Below, in pieces: positions 9,607 through 19,139 of a stretch of 64,000 nucleotides of DNA; position 1 is the first letter of the stretch; every line of letters starts with the position of its first letter. The position numbers were made by a program, and so were the translations under genes. The stretch comes from Parcubacteria group bacterium (GTDB taxonomy: Bacteria > Patescibacteriota > Minisyncoccia > Phycocordibacterales > Phycocordibacteraceae). The notes beneath the pieces were generated by a model. It had not been told where the DNA came from. It ran no database searches and worked only from the letters and a program-made list of their open reading frames with translations. The DNA is taken from the NCBI GenBank assembly GCA_028286525.1, contig JAQBRL010000020.1, forward strand, positions 7,444 through 71,443. Direction: 5' to 3'.

Positions 9607-10275
9607 ATGGAAGTCGCGATCGAGCCATCCTGGAAGAAGCATCTGGCGGCTGAATTCGAGAAGCCGTATTTCAAGGAGCTTACCGAGTTCGTTAAAGAGG
9701 AGTACAAAAATACGAAGGTGTATCCGGCTCCGAAGAATATCTTCCGTGCCTTCGAGCTCACGCCGTTCGATACAGTGAAAGTCGTGATTCTCGGACAGGA
9801 TCCATACTTTAATCCGAACCAGGCGCACGGACTGTCGTTTTCGGTCATGGAAGGGGTCCGTAACCCACCTTCGCTGCAGAATATCTTCAAGGAGATCGAA
9901 TCCGATATCGGCGAGAAGCCGAAGAGCGAAAGCGGCGACCTCACGCGATGGGCGACGCAGGGCGTGCTACTTCTGAACGCGACGCTTACGGTGCGCGCGG
10001 GCGCCGCTGGCTCGCACCAATCGCACGGATGGGAAGAGTTCACGGATGCGGTGATACGGACACTCTCGGAGGAACGCGAGCATCTCGTATTCATACTCTG
10101 GGGCAATTACGCTCGTAGCAAGAAAGTCCTCATCGACGCTTCCAAGCATGACATCATCGAGTCGCCGCATCCCTCGCCCTTTTCGGCGCGCAACGGCTTC
10201 TTCGGCTCCAAGCCTTTCAGCAAAGCGAATGCGTATCTGACGGCACATAACGACCTACCGATAGATTGGACCTAA
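9607..10275 (+). CDS. ung: Uracil-DNA glycosylase, family 1
   Basis: VVILGQDPY, AHGLSFS, QGVLLLN, HPSP motifs. Confidence 0.97.
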   Translation: MEVAIEPSWKKHLAAEFEKPYFKELTEFVKEEYKNTKVYPAPKNIFRAFELTPFDTVKVVILGQDPYFNPNQAHGLSFSVMEGVRNPPSLQNIFKEIESDIGEKPKSESGDLTRWATQGVLLLNATLTVRAGAAGSHQSHGWEEFTDAVIRTLSEEREHLVFILWGNYARSKKVLIDASKHDIIESPHPSPFSARNGFFGSKPFSKANAYLTAHNDLPIDWT

Positions 10276-10320
10276 TGCTTCCGTTTTGATTCATATAGTA
10301 AATGCTGATATTTTAGGTAT

Positions 10321-11631
10321 ATGGCTCGCGCATCCGTAAAAAAACAACCGGCCTTCGTCGGCATCACTTTCGTCCGTGAACGGGACGGAATACGTGAGTA
10401 TAAGCTGGAGAAGAACGGCCTCACCATCCTCCTTGCTGAAAATCATGCCGTTCCGGTAGTCGGCTTCATGGTGACTTATCACGTAGGCTCCCGGAACGAA
10501 GCCATAGGCTATACGGGCGCCACGCATCTCCTTGAGCACCTTATGTTCAAGGGTTCGGAGCGATTCAATGCAGATACCGGAAAGGATACTAAGCAATTCC
10601 TCGAATCGCGCGGCGCGTATATAAACGCGACCACATGGTGGGATCGTACTAATTATTTCGAAGTGATGCCGAAACACATCCTGCCGGACGCGATAGCGCT
10701 CGAAGCGGATCGTATGAGGACCGCCCGTATCACCGAGACCGATCGCGAGAGCGAAATGCCCGTCGTACGCAATGAATTCGAACGCGATGAGAATCTTCCC
10801 ATGTCGGCACTCGACAAGCAGATCTGGGCACTTGCCTTCCAGGCGCATCCGTATCATCACAACACTATTGGATGGAAAAGCGACATCGAAGGCGTTTCGA
10901 TCGAGCGTTTGCAACAGTTCTATAACGACTTCTATTGGCCGGATAACGCTACGGTCTCGGTCGCTGGTGATTTCGATGCGGATGAGACCCTCACGCTGAT
11001 TAAGAAGGAATTCGGCCGGCATTCTCGGAATCCAAGTGAGTACCCGCGGGTCTATACCGAGGAGCCGAAGCAGGAAGGCGAACGTCGCGCGATAGTTTCC
11101 CGTGCTGGAAATAACATGGTGGGCGTCGCGCATAAGATACCGAATGCGCATCACGCGGATATGCCCGCACTCCTCGTGCTCATGGCAGTCCTCGACCAGG
11201 GAAAGACGAGTCGTCTCTACCGCGCGCTTGTCGATACCGCTCTCGCGACCGATGTCGCGGTCGCGTGCTACGAGCTCCATGACCCAGCGCTTTTCATTAC
11301 CTACGCATCACTCACGCCAAGCGCGACTCATGAGGAAGTGGAACGAACTATCGTCAAGGAATACGGAATTCTCAAGGAGAAAATGGTTTCGGCGGCCGAG
11401 CTCGCACGCGCGAAACGCCTTCTGCGCACCGAGCTCGCAAAGCGGTGGGATGGCCCGTATCAGTTCCTTTCGTCGCTTAATGAGAGCATCGCTACAGGAG
11501 ACTGGACGCATTTCCTTACCGCGGGCGAAGCGGTGATGCAGGTTACCTCGGCTGATGTGAGACGTGTAGCGAGCACCTATTTGATTTCAGACCAGGCGAC
11601 CGTCGGGCATTTCGTGAATATTGCACCATGA
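10321..11631 (+). CDS. M16 family zinc peptidase, catalytic subunit
   Basis: GATHLLEHLMFKGS (HxxEH), NATT..DRTNY. Confidence 0.93.
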   Translation: MARASVKKQPAFVGITFVRERDGIREYKLEKNGLTILLAENHAVPVVGFMVTYHVGSRNEAIGYTGATHLLEHLMFKGSERFNADTGKDTKQFLESRGAYINATTWWDRTNYFEVMPKHILPDAIALEADRMRTARITETDRESEMPVVRNEFERDENLPMSALDKQIWALAFQAHPYHHNTIGWKSDIEGVSIERLQQFYNDFYWPDNATVSVAGDFDADETLTLIKKEFGRHSRNPSEYPRVYTEEPKQEGERRAIVSRAGNNMVGVAHKIPNAHHADMPALLVLMAVLDQGKTSRLYRALVDTALATDVAVACYELHDPALFITYASLTPSATHEEVERTIVKEYGILKEKMVSAAELARAKRLLRTELAKRWDGPYQFLSSLNESIATGDWTHFLTAGEAVMQVTSADVRRVASTYLISDQATVGHFVNIAP

Positions 11632-12899
11632 ATATGAATCGCATCGCTGACCGTATCCTAGAAAAGCAATTCGACGGAGCACGCATCTTCGCAGCGCGCA
11701 CGGGTGTGAAGGATCTCGTCTACATCGAGGGAAGCGTTCATGGAGGATGGAACATGCTTCCGCGCAGGCAGGGCGAGCTCTCCGTACTCGCCGCGGAGCT
11801 ACTCGATGCAGGCACCAAAGGGAAGTCGAAGGACCAAATCCGTGAATCACTCGCGAGCCGTGGTGCGTCGCTGTCGTTCTCATCGGGCGATGAGCGTACC
11901 TATTTCCGCGGCTCCTGCCTTCCAGAAGACATTTCACGCCTTATATCCGTACTCGTGGAGTGTTTGGGCGAGGCATCGTTCCCTCTCGGCGAGGTTAAGA
12001 CGGCGAAGAATCGCATCCATGGCGAGCTCGTCGAGGAGCGAAACGATACACGCGTACAGGCGGCTATCGCGCTCTCACGCCTCATGTACGACCCGAAGCA
12101 TCATAATTACGAAGAGACGACCAACGAGCGCATCGCGGATCTAAAGAAGACAGAACGACCAGGACTCATCGCATTCAAGAAGATGCTTGGATACGGCGGC
12201 CTCGTACTCGCAATAGTCGGCGATATTGATGCCGAGGCAGCACTCATTCTTGCCGAGAAGGCCTTCAAGAAACTCCCAGGCGGGACGAAGGAAGCGCCCT
12301 CTAAGACTCCTAATACCCGCGCGCAGGAAGGGCAGATAACCCTCGTACCTATAACGGACAAAGCGAATATCGATGTATTCATCGGTGCTTCGATTCCTCT
12401 CACGTATAACGATCCTCTCTATCTCCCGTTCATCCTCTTGACCGAGATGCTCGGCGGGCGCGGCTTCACGAGCCATCTCATGGCAACCGTGCGTGAACGT
12501 GACGGACTCACCTACGGGGTCAACTCACGGCCGACCGGCTTCACGGGGGGCGCCGACGGCGCGTTCCAGGTCTGGGCGACGTTCTCGCCAGCAAAATACG
12601 ATGAGAGCGTTGCCGTGCTGCGAAAGGAAATAGATTTCTTCTTCAAGAACGGCATTACGGAGATGGCGCTTGCCGCACGTAAGGAGGAAATGACCGGACT
12701 CTATGCAGTCGGGCTTTCGACTTCGCGCGGGCTTGCGGCAACTCTCCATCAGATAGGTCGCAGGCATCGCGATCTCTCTTACATAGATGATTACCTGACC
12801 CTTCTCCAGGCCGTAACGCTCGATGAGCTTCATAAGGCGGCATCGCTCATTCCCCTCAAGAACCTTTCGCTTGCAGCAGCAGGCACCTTTACAGGTTAG
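11628..12899 (+). CDS. M16 family peptidase, non-catalytic subunit
   Basis: Overlaps the partner gene; LGG.GF.S.L...VRERDGLTY motif; no HxxEH. Confidence 0.88.
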   Translation: MNMNRIADRILEKQFDGARIFAARTGVKDLVYIEGSVHGGWNMLPRRQGELSVLAAELLDAGTKGKSKDQIRESLASRGASLSFSSGDERTYFRGSCLPEDISRLISVLVECLGEASFPLGEVKTAKNRIHGELVEERNDTRVQAAIALSRLMYDPKHHNYEETTNERIADLKKTERPGLIAFKKMLGYGGLVLAIVGDIDAEAALILAEKAFKKLPGGTKEAPSKTPNTRAQEGQITLVPITDKANIDVFIGASIPLTYNDPLYLPFILLTEMLGGRGFTSHLMATVRERDGLTYGVNSRPTGFTGGADGAFQVWATFSPAKYDESVAVLRKEIDFFFKNGITEMALAARKEEMTGLYAVGLSTSRGLAATLHQIGRRHRDLSYIDDYLTLLQAVTLDELHKAASLIPLKNLSLAAAGTFTG

Positions 12900-12934
12900 T
12901 CAAACGTGTTTGTATATATACCGGAGGAATCGCC

Positions 12935-13150
12935 ATGGCAAAAGGTTTGTTGCACCGTCCTGTCCAGGCTCACGAAGGTTTGGACCTCTATACGCCCCTG
13001 ATGTTCGGGCAGGTAGTATATGCGTGCCCGGAACCAATCCAAAAGGGAACGAGGATGGGTCACGTCGCGGTCAGGCTTGCTGACGACGATATGTCGCCGT
13101 ACTTCTTTATCCCCGAGGAGGCAGTGGACTGGGAAGACACGCTGCGCTGA
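12935..13150 (+). CDS. Small hypothetical protein (71 aa)
   Basis: GGAGG SD upstream; fills the gap before alaS; followed by a 12-bp hairpin. Confidence 0.6.
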   Translation: MAKGLLHRPVQAHEGLDLYTPLMFGQVVYACPEPIQKGTRMGHVAVRLADDDMSPYFFIPEEAVDWEDTLR

Positions 13151-13167
13151 CTCAACCACTACAGGTG

Positions 13168-13196
13168 CCGCCGCAGTCTTCGTAAGACTGCGGCGG
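13168..13196 (+). terminator. GC-rich hairpin
   Basis: ccgccgcagtct-tcgta-agactgcggcgg. Confidence 0.6.
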
Positions 13197-13230
13197 TGAA
13201 GTTTTCTATACACCGTGATATCTTCATACA

Positions 13231-15213
13231 ATGACCGTTTCAGAAGTACGCACACGTTACCTCGCCTTCTTTGCGGCGCGTGGTCACGTCATAATCCCAT
13301 CAGCACCGATAGTGCCGGGGAACGACCCTACCACGCTCTTTACCTCGTCCGGCATGCAGCCCCTTATTCCGTACCTGCTCGGTAAGGACCACCCGGAAGG
13401 GAAGCGCATCGTTAATTCCCAGATGAGCTTTCGGGCGGGCGATATCGAGGAAGTGGGCGACAATCGCCACACGACGTTCTTCGAGATGCTCGGCAATTGG
13501 TCGCTCGGCGACTATTTCAAGAAAGAGCAGCTACCCTGGTTCTTCGAGTTCATGACGAGCAAAGAAGAAGGCTTAGGACTCGATCCTACGAAACTCTTCG
13601 TCACGGTATTTGCGGGCGACCCCGATACGGGCATGGAGATGGATACCGAAGCCGTGGGCATATGGCAAGAACTCTTCAAGACCAAAGGCATCGATGCCGA
13701 ATTCGCGGATATCGGCAGCGAAGCAGCCGGCTACGAGCACGGCATTAATGGTAACGAACGCATATTCGCTTACGACGCCAAGAAGAACTGGTGGAGCCGC
13801 TCGGGCGTACCTGCCAACATGCCTGCCGGAGAGCCAGGTGGACCGGATTCCGAGGTCTTCTACGACTTCGGTCTTCCGCACGACCCAAAGTGGGGCCCGA
13901 AATGCCATCCGAACTGCGACTGCGGCCGTTTCGTCGAGATAGGGAACTCGGTCTTCATGCAGTTCATAAAGAATGCTGACGGGTCATTCTCGAATCTTCC
14001 GAAGCAGAACGTGGACTTTGGAGGCGGGCTTGAGCGTCTTGCGTTCGCTACGCTCGATAAACCTGACGTTTTTCTCATAGATGTATTTGATACAGCTCGG
14101 AACGCGATTGAATATCTATCCGGAAAAATATATGGGTCAGATGAAAAAATAACAAAGTCTTTCCGCATCATTTTGGATCACATGAGAGCATCCACCTTCA
14201 TCCTTGCTGAAGGTATAGTTCCCGCAAGCACGGAGGCTGGTTATGTCCTTAGGCGTTTGTTGCGTCGCGCAATTCGTGAGACCGATAGATTGGGAGTCAA
14301 GGACAAAGTTCTTGCATCTGTAGCTGAAGAGTTTGCTGACAAATATGCAGACCAGTATCCACGCTTGCAGGAAAATAAGCTCAAGATTTTGGATGAAATT
14401 GCAAAGGAAGAGGAGCAGTTCAGGAGAACACTCGAAACGGGTTTGAAGCAATTCGAGAAGGCAATCAGCATTAAGTCAGGCATTGTTAGCAATGCCGATC
14501 AACGCAAGGAACTTGAAGAACGAGTCTACATTAAGACTCTGGGAGCAGAAACGGTTTTCGAGTTGATGACAACCTATGGCTTCCCAGAAGAACTCATTCG
14601 AGAAGAACTAGCTTCGCACAATATCTCAGTTGATGATTGGGATATGGTCAAAAGCTTGTTCGAAAAACATCGCGAGCTTTCCCGCGCCGGAGGCGCGCAG
14701 AAATTCGCCGGAGGCCTTGCCGACCACTCCGAGCAGACCGTGCGCTACCACACGACGCATCACATCCTACTCAAAGCGCTCCAGATGGTGCTCGGGGACG
14801 AGGTCAAGCAGCGGGGAAGCAATATCACGAGCGAGCGCTTGCGCATCGACTTCTCCTCCCCCGGCAAGATGACTCCAGAGCAGAAAGAAGAGGTAGAGAG
14901 GATAGTGAACGAAATTATCTACCAGGACCTGCCGGTATCGCGCACCGTCATGCCACGGGAAGAGGCCGAGAAGCTCGGTGCCCAGATGGAATTCGGGGTG
15001 AAGTATCCCGACATGGTATCGGTGTATTCGGTCGGTCCTATCCATGCAACAGAGGAGAATCCCGATATTCCGAACGCATTCTCGCTGGAGTTCTGCGGCG
15101 GACCGCATGTGAAGAGCACAAAGGATATCCATGACGGCGGCAAGCGTTTCAAGATACAGAAAGAGGAGGCAGTCGCTGCAGGCATCCGCCGCATCAAGGC
15201 AGTGCTCGAATAA
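13231..15213 (+). CDS. alaS: Alanine--tRNA ligase, short form lacking the C-Ala domain
   Basis: DPTTLFTSSGMQP, HTTFFEMLGNWS, GGGLERL, editing motifs HTTHH and EFCGGPH; ends at GIRRIKA. Confidence 0.97.
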   Translation: MTVSEVRTRYLAFFAARGHVIIPSAPIVPGNDPTTLFTSSGMQPLIPYLLGKDHPEGKRIVNSQMSFRAGDIEEVGDNRHTTFFEMLGNWSLGDYFKKEQLPWFFEFMTSKEEGLGLDPTKLFVTVFAGDPDTGMEMDTEAVGIWQELFKTKGIDAEFADIGSEAAGYEHGINGNERIFAYDAKKNWWSRSGVPANMPAGEPGGPDSEVFYDFGLPHDPKWGPKCHPNCDCGRFVEIGNSVFMQFIKNADGSFSNLPKQNVDFGGGLERLAFATLDKPDVFLIDVFDTARNAIEYLSGKIYGSDEKITKSFRIILDHMRASTFILAEGIVPASTEAGYVLRRLLRRAIRETDRLGVKDKVLASVAEEFADKYADQYPRLQENKLKILDEIAKEEEQFRRTLETGLKQFEKAISIKSGIVSNADQRKELEERVYIKTLGAETVFELMTTYGFPEELIREELASHNISVDDWDMVKSLFEKHRELSRAGGAQKFAGGLADHSEQTVRYHTTHHILLKALQMVLGDEVKQRGSNITSERLRIDFSSPGKMTPEQKEEVERIVNEIIYQDLPVSRTVMPREEAEKLGAQMEFGVKYPDMVSVYSVGPIHATEENPDIPNAFSLEFCGGPHVKSTKDIHDGGKRFKIQKEEAVAAGIRRIKAVLE

Positions 15214-15251
15214 CCGCATCTCGCGCGTTTCGATTGCTATACTCTGAACAC

Positions 15252-16382
15252 ATGGGGTTATTCAAGAAGGCCGGCACCAGTTTTGCGCTCATCGATATCC
15301 GCTCCTCATCCGTTGGCGCGGCGTATGCGGTCATAGATGCCGACCGCGCTCTCACCCTCGTCTACAGCGCGCGCGTACCGCTCGACCCGCACGCCACCGA
15401 ACCGCTGGCCGAAGCGTTGCCGCGCACGCTCGAGAAGGCGCTCGGCCTGCTCGTGAGCGAAGGCGCACCGCTTTTGCACGCCATGGCGGGCACGGGAAAG
15501 GCCGATCATGTCTACGTGACCTTTACGGCGCCCTGGCAGCACTCGGAGGTACGCAGCGCGGTCATCGAGAACGAGAAACCGTTCGTATTCACTCAGGAAC
15601 TCCTCAATGAGTCGGTCGCGGACGAAGAAGGCGAGAACAAGGGACGTACCCGGGTCAGCCAGATGATCATCGCTACGCTTCTGAACGGGTATGAAGTCCA
15701 GAATCCCTTCGGCAAGAAGGTGAACCGCGCGGAGCTCATCCTCCTGTCTTCCTCGCTTCCGGACGATGTCACCGAACTCGTGACGAAGGAAGTGCGCAAA
15801 GCGCTCCACCAGCATCAGATCGAATTCAACGCCTTCATGCCGGAAGCGTTCGTCGCCATGCAGGACCTTTATCCGCATCAACGGGATTTTCTCGTGCTTG
15901 ATGTCGGGAACGACGCCACCGATATGCTGCTCATAAAGCATGGGCTTCTCATATCCATAAGCTCGATGGCCCATGGGGTGAGCGAGATCACGCGTGCGGC
16001 CCAGGGTATGGGGGTTTCCTCCCCGGCAGTCCCGCTTGCTGCGGCGCCGCTCGTCGATATGGGACGCAATACCAGCTTCGCGTCTAAAGTCGAAGAGGCG
16101 GAACGCGAATGGCTTCAGACCATCCGCACCGAGCTGGGCGAGATAGCGAAGCAAGAGCCGCTCCCGCGTACGGTCTTCCTTCTTGCGGAGGAGAACGTGC
16201 GGGACTTCCTCGCGCGCCTGCTCGACGCCCCCGAGCTGCGCTCCCTGTGGCTTTCCGACGAGGCCCTCGCCATCATGCCGGTCCTTCCGATCCATTTCGC
16301 ACCGTTCGTGGGGGTGCAAGGGAACACGGAAATAGACCCGACTCTCGCGCTGCTCGCGCTCTCCGCGGCAAAACGTCTCTAG
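15252..16382 (+). CDS. Actin-fold FtsA/PilM-like protein
   Basis: ALIDIRSSSVG and FLVLDVGNDATD phosphate-loop-like motifs; TLLNGY. Confidence 0.6.
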   Translation: MGLFKKAGTSFALIDIRSSSVGAAYAVIDADRALTLVYSARVPLDPHATEPLAEALPRTLEKALGLLVSEGAPLLHAMAGTGKADHVYVTFTAPWQHSEVRSAVIENEKPFVFTQELLNESVADEEGENKGRTRVSQMIIATLLNGYEVQNPFGKKVNRAELILLSSSLPDDVTELVTKEVRKALHQHQIEFNAFMPEAFVAMQDLYPHQRDFLVLDVGNDATDMLLIKHGLLISISSMAHGVSEITRAAQGMGVSSPAVPLAAAPLVDMGRNTSFASKVEEAEREWLQTIRTELGEIAKQEPLPRTVFLLAEENVRDFLARLLDAPELRSLWLSDEALAIMPVLPIHFAPFVGVQGNTEIDPTLALLALSAAKRL

Positions 16383-16474
16383 CCCCGCGCCGCTCGCGTA
16401 TACCCACCCCGAGCTTTTGACCTTCCCTGCGCTGGTATACTGATTCGCATACTCATCTGTCGGACTCCTTTACT

Positions 16475-17791
16475 ATGCTTAGAGACCTCAACGACATCAT
16501 TCCGCCTTCTCGCCGCCGCTCCATGGAAGGCGGTATGGAGGGCCCTCAGGCCCCAACCCCTGCCGGACAGCCTATAGACATGCGTCCCGCTGCACCCGCG
16601 CCGGTATCGCCTCCGCCTCCGCACGAGGCCCCGCTCCAGCCTGTCCCACCGATGTCGAAGCCTCCGCGCAGGCGCTTCCGCAGCGGCAGCCGCTTTCCGT
16701 TCGCTACCGCGCTCATAGCGCTCGTGGTCATCGCCGCGTGCGCCGGAGTCCTGTACGCGTTCGCGGGGGCGAAAGTCACCATCACGCCCGTTACGAACCT
16801 TGCAACGATACAGAGCGACATGACCGCGACCGCAGGCCAGGGAGATCTCCCATTCCAGCAGATTACGGTCGATAAGACGATGAGCACGAATGTCCCGGCC
16901 GAGAGCACGGTTACGGCAGCGGACCCAGCCAGCGGCAAGATAACCATCACCAATACCCAGACCGCTCCCCAGGCGCTTATCAAGAACACCCGTTTCCAAA
17001 GCGCGAACGGCCTTATTTTCCGCATTCGCGACTCGGTCTCTATTCCTGCAGGGGGCAGCCTCGTAGCTACCGTATATGCGGACGAGGCGGGCGATAAGTA
17101 CAACCTCGCACCGACCACGTTCACCATACCGGGCCTTAAAGGAAGCAAGTCCTTCGACCAAGTGAGCGCTAAGTCGGTCGCAGCGATGACTGGCGGCTTC
17201 TCGGGCTCCCGTCCTTCCGTCTCGCAGGCGACCAAGGATAAGCAGTATGCGGATATACAAGCCAAGCTCGCGGCAGACCTCGCGAAGGACCTTACGGCCA
17301 AGATGCCGGCAGGGTACGTGCTCGTGCCCGGCGCGAGCTTCACGAGCTACAGTCCAGGAACCGATGCGGCTGGAGCCTCAGGTACCGTGACGCTTTCCGA
17401 GACCGGGAACATCACCGCGGTAGTATTTCCTGCGGATGCGCTCGCCCGCGCCATCGCCTTCAAGTCGGTCGGGACCTATGGCGGCCAGCCCGTGACCCTT
17501 AAGGATGTGTCCGGTCTTGCCCTCAAGCCCACGCTCCCGACTCTCGCGCCGGACGCCCAGACCTTCGACTTCAATCTTGCTGGAAATACCACCATTGTCT
17601 GGCAGATAGATCCCGCAAAGATAGCGGCTGCGGTTGCAGGAAAGACGCGCGCCTCCGCTGAAATAGCCCTTAAAAGCTTCCCGGAAGTAGATAAGGGGAC
17701 CCTTCTCCTGCGCCCTTTCTGGGCCAGCAATTTCCCGGGCGATCCCGCCAAGATAAAGGTGATACTGACCAATGTGCCTGCTAGTAAATAA
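16475..17791 (+). CDS. Single-pass membrane protein with a baseplate-J-like beta domain
   Basis: Pro-rich N-terminus, one TM, then ASGKITITN..Q.LIKNTRF..GLIFR..V.IP, VYADEAGDKYN, MTGGFSG. Confidence 0.6.
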   Translation: MLRDLNDIIPPSRRRSMEGGMEGPQAPTPAGQPIDMRPAAPAPVSPPPPHEAPLQPVPPMSKPPRRRFRSGSRFPFATALIALVVIAACAGVLYAFAGAKVTITPVTNLATIQSDMTATAGQGDLPFQQITVDKTMSTNVPAESTVTAADPASGKITITNTQTAPQALIKNTRFQSANGLIFRIRDSVSIPAGGSLVATVYADEAGDKYNLAPTTFTIPGLKGSKSFDQVSAKSVAAMTGGFSGSRPSVSQATKDKQYADIQAKLAADLAKDLTAKMPAGYVLVPGASFTSYSPGTDAAGASGTVTLSETGNITAVVFPADALARAIAFKSVGTYGGQPVTLKDVSGLALKPTLPTLAPDAQTFDFNLAGNTTIVWQIDPAKIAAAVAGKTRASAEIALKSFPEVDKGTLLLRPFWASNFPGDPAKIKVILTNVPASK

Positions 17792-17894
17792 GGCCGTGCA
17801 TGGAGCTTGCCAGGGAATGCGCCGCGGCTTTCGCTGGCCTCTCGTAGCGTAGTTGCAGGATTTTATCGGCTAGGTTACTATACGAAGGCTTCAC

Positions 17895-18110
17895 ATGGAG
17901 GAAAAGGCAAGCGATGCGGCAACAGGCACCGTAGAAGAGGTGCTTCCAAATTCGCTATTTCGAGTGCGGATGCCTTCCGGCGAGCTATTGCTCGCCTACC
18001 TTGCTGGGAAGATGCGCTTGCACCGCATTCGCGTATTGGTCGGAGACTCGGTTGAACTGGTCCTCGATCCCTACGGCGGACGCGCCCGCATCGTGCGCCG
18101 TCTTTCCTAA
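17895..18110 (+). CDS. infA: Translation initiation factor IF-1
   Basis: [32 protein letters not shown]. Confidence 0.96.
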   Translation: MEEKASDAATGTVEEVLPNSLFRVRMPSGELLLAYLAGKMRLHRIRVLVGDSVELVLDPYGGRARIVRRLS

Positions 18111-18142
18111 AGCCTCACGTAAAGCACTACTTACCCTTACCC

Positions 18143-18259
18143 ATGAAAGTCCGCGCATCCATCAAGGTCCAGCAGCCAGGCGACATCATCGTTCGCCGTG
18201 GCGGTCGCCTGTACCGCATCAACAAGCGCAATCCTCGCCGGAAGGCTCGTCAGGGGTAG
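18143..18259 (+). CDS. rpmJ: 50S ribosomal protein L36, Cys-free type (not in the ORF track)
   Basis: Manual translation [38 protein letters not shown]; position between infA and rpsM. Confidence 0.95.
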   Translation: MKVRASIKVQQPGDIIVRRGGRLYRINKRNPRRKARQG

Positions 18260-18288
18260 TTCGTAATCCTAATTATTTTCTATACAAC

Positions 18289-18669
18289 ATGCGTATCGCA
18301 GGTGTAACTCTTCCCGACGACAAGCAGCTCTATTACGCGCTGCCTCTTATCTATGGCATCGGCTTCACGCGTTCCCGCATCATCCTTAAGGAAGCCGGCA
18401 TCGCCGAAACCAAGAAGGGCAAGGACCTGACCGCAGAGGAAGAGCAGACGATACGCACGCTCGCCGAGGCCTACACCATCGAGGGCGAGCTCAAGCGCGA
18501 AGTGGGCCAGAACGTGAAGCGTTTGAAGGATATCCGCTCCGCACGCGGCGTCCGCCATGAGCGCCGGCTCCCGGTCCGCAACCAGCGCACCAAGACCAAC
18601 TCCCGCACCGTTCGCGGCAACACCCGTAAGACCATGGGTAGCGGTCGCCGCACGCTCGAGAAGACATAA
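18289..18669 (+). CDS. rpsM: 30S ribosomal protein S13
   Basis: MRIAGV..IYGIG..RGVRH..LPVRNQRTKTNSRT. Confidence 0.97.
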   Translation: MRIAGVTLPDDKQLYYALPLIYGIGFTRSRIILKEAGIAETKKGKDLTAEEEQTIRTLAEAYTIEGELKREVGQNVKRLKDIRSARGVRHERRLPVRNQRTKTNSRTVRGNTRKTMGSGRRTLEKT

Positions 18670-18695
18670 TCCACGACTCACTACCTTAATTACCT

Positions 18696-19130
18696 ATGGG
18701 AAAGAAACGAATCATCAAAAAGTCGGGACGCGGCATGGATCAGGGACGCAAGGAGCGTGCCCTCGGCAAGGTCGTCAAGAAGCGCGTCGAGCGCGGCGTC
18801 CTGCACGTGGAAGCTACGTTCAATAACACCAAGGCCGTCCTTACCGACGAGAAGGGCAATGCGCTCATGTCCTCTTCCGCAGGAGCCCTCGGCTTCTCGG
18901 GAGCCCGCAAGTCCACTCCGTACGCAGCTGCGAAGGTAGGCGAGCTGCTCGGGGAGCGCGCTATGCAGGTGGGCCTCAAGGAAGCATCGGTCATCATCCG
19001 CGGCGTAGGAGCCGGTCGCGAGTCCACGCTCCGTGCGTTCTCCGGCAAGGGAATCACCATCCGCGCCATCAAGGACGCCACTCCGGTCCCGCACAACGGA
19101 CCGCGTCCGCCTAAGCCTCGTCGCGTATAA
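18696..19130 (+). CDS. rpsK: 30S ribosomal protein S11
   Basis: ATFNNT, GFSGARKSTPYAA, PHNGPRPPKPRRV. Confidence 0.97.
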   Translation: MGKKRIIKKSGRGMDQGRKERALGKVVKKRVERGVLHVEATFNNTKAVLTDEKGNALMSSSAGALGFSGARKSTPYAAAKVGELLGERAMQVGLKEASVIIRGVGAGRESTLRAFSGKGITIRAIKDATPVPHNGPRPPKPRRV

Positions 19131-19139
19131 CTTTTCAGT

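Noticed and set aside
16475-17791. Baseplate-J-like domain as evidence of a prophage
   Set aside because: The protein is membrane-anchored and flanked by alaS and ribosomal genes, with no capsid, terminase, tail or integrase genes nearby.
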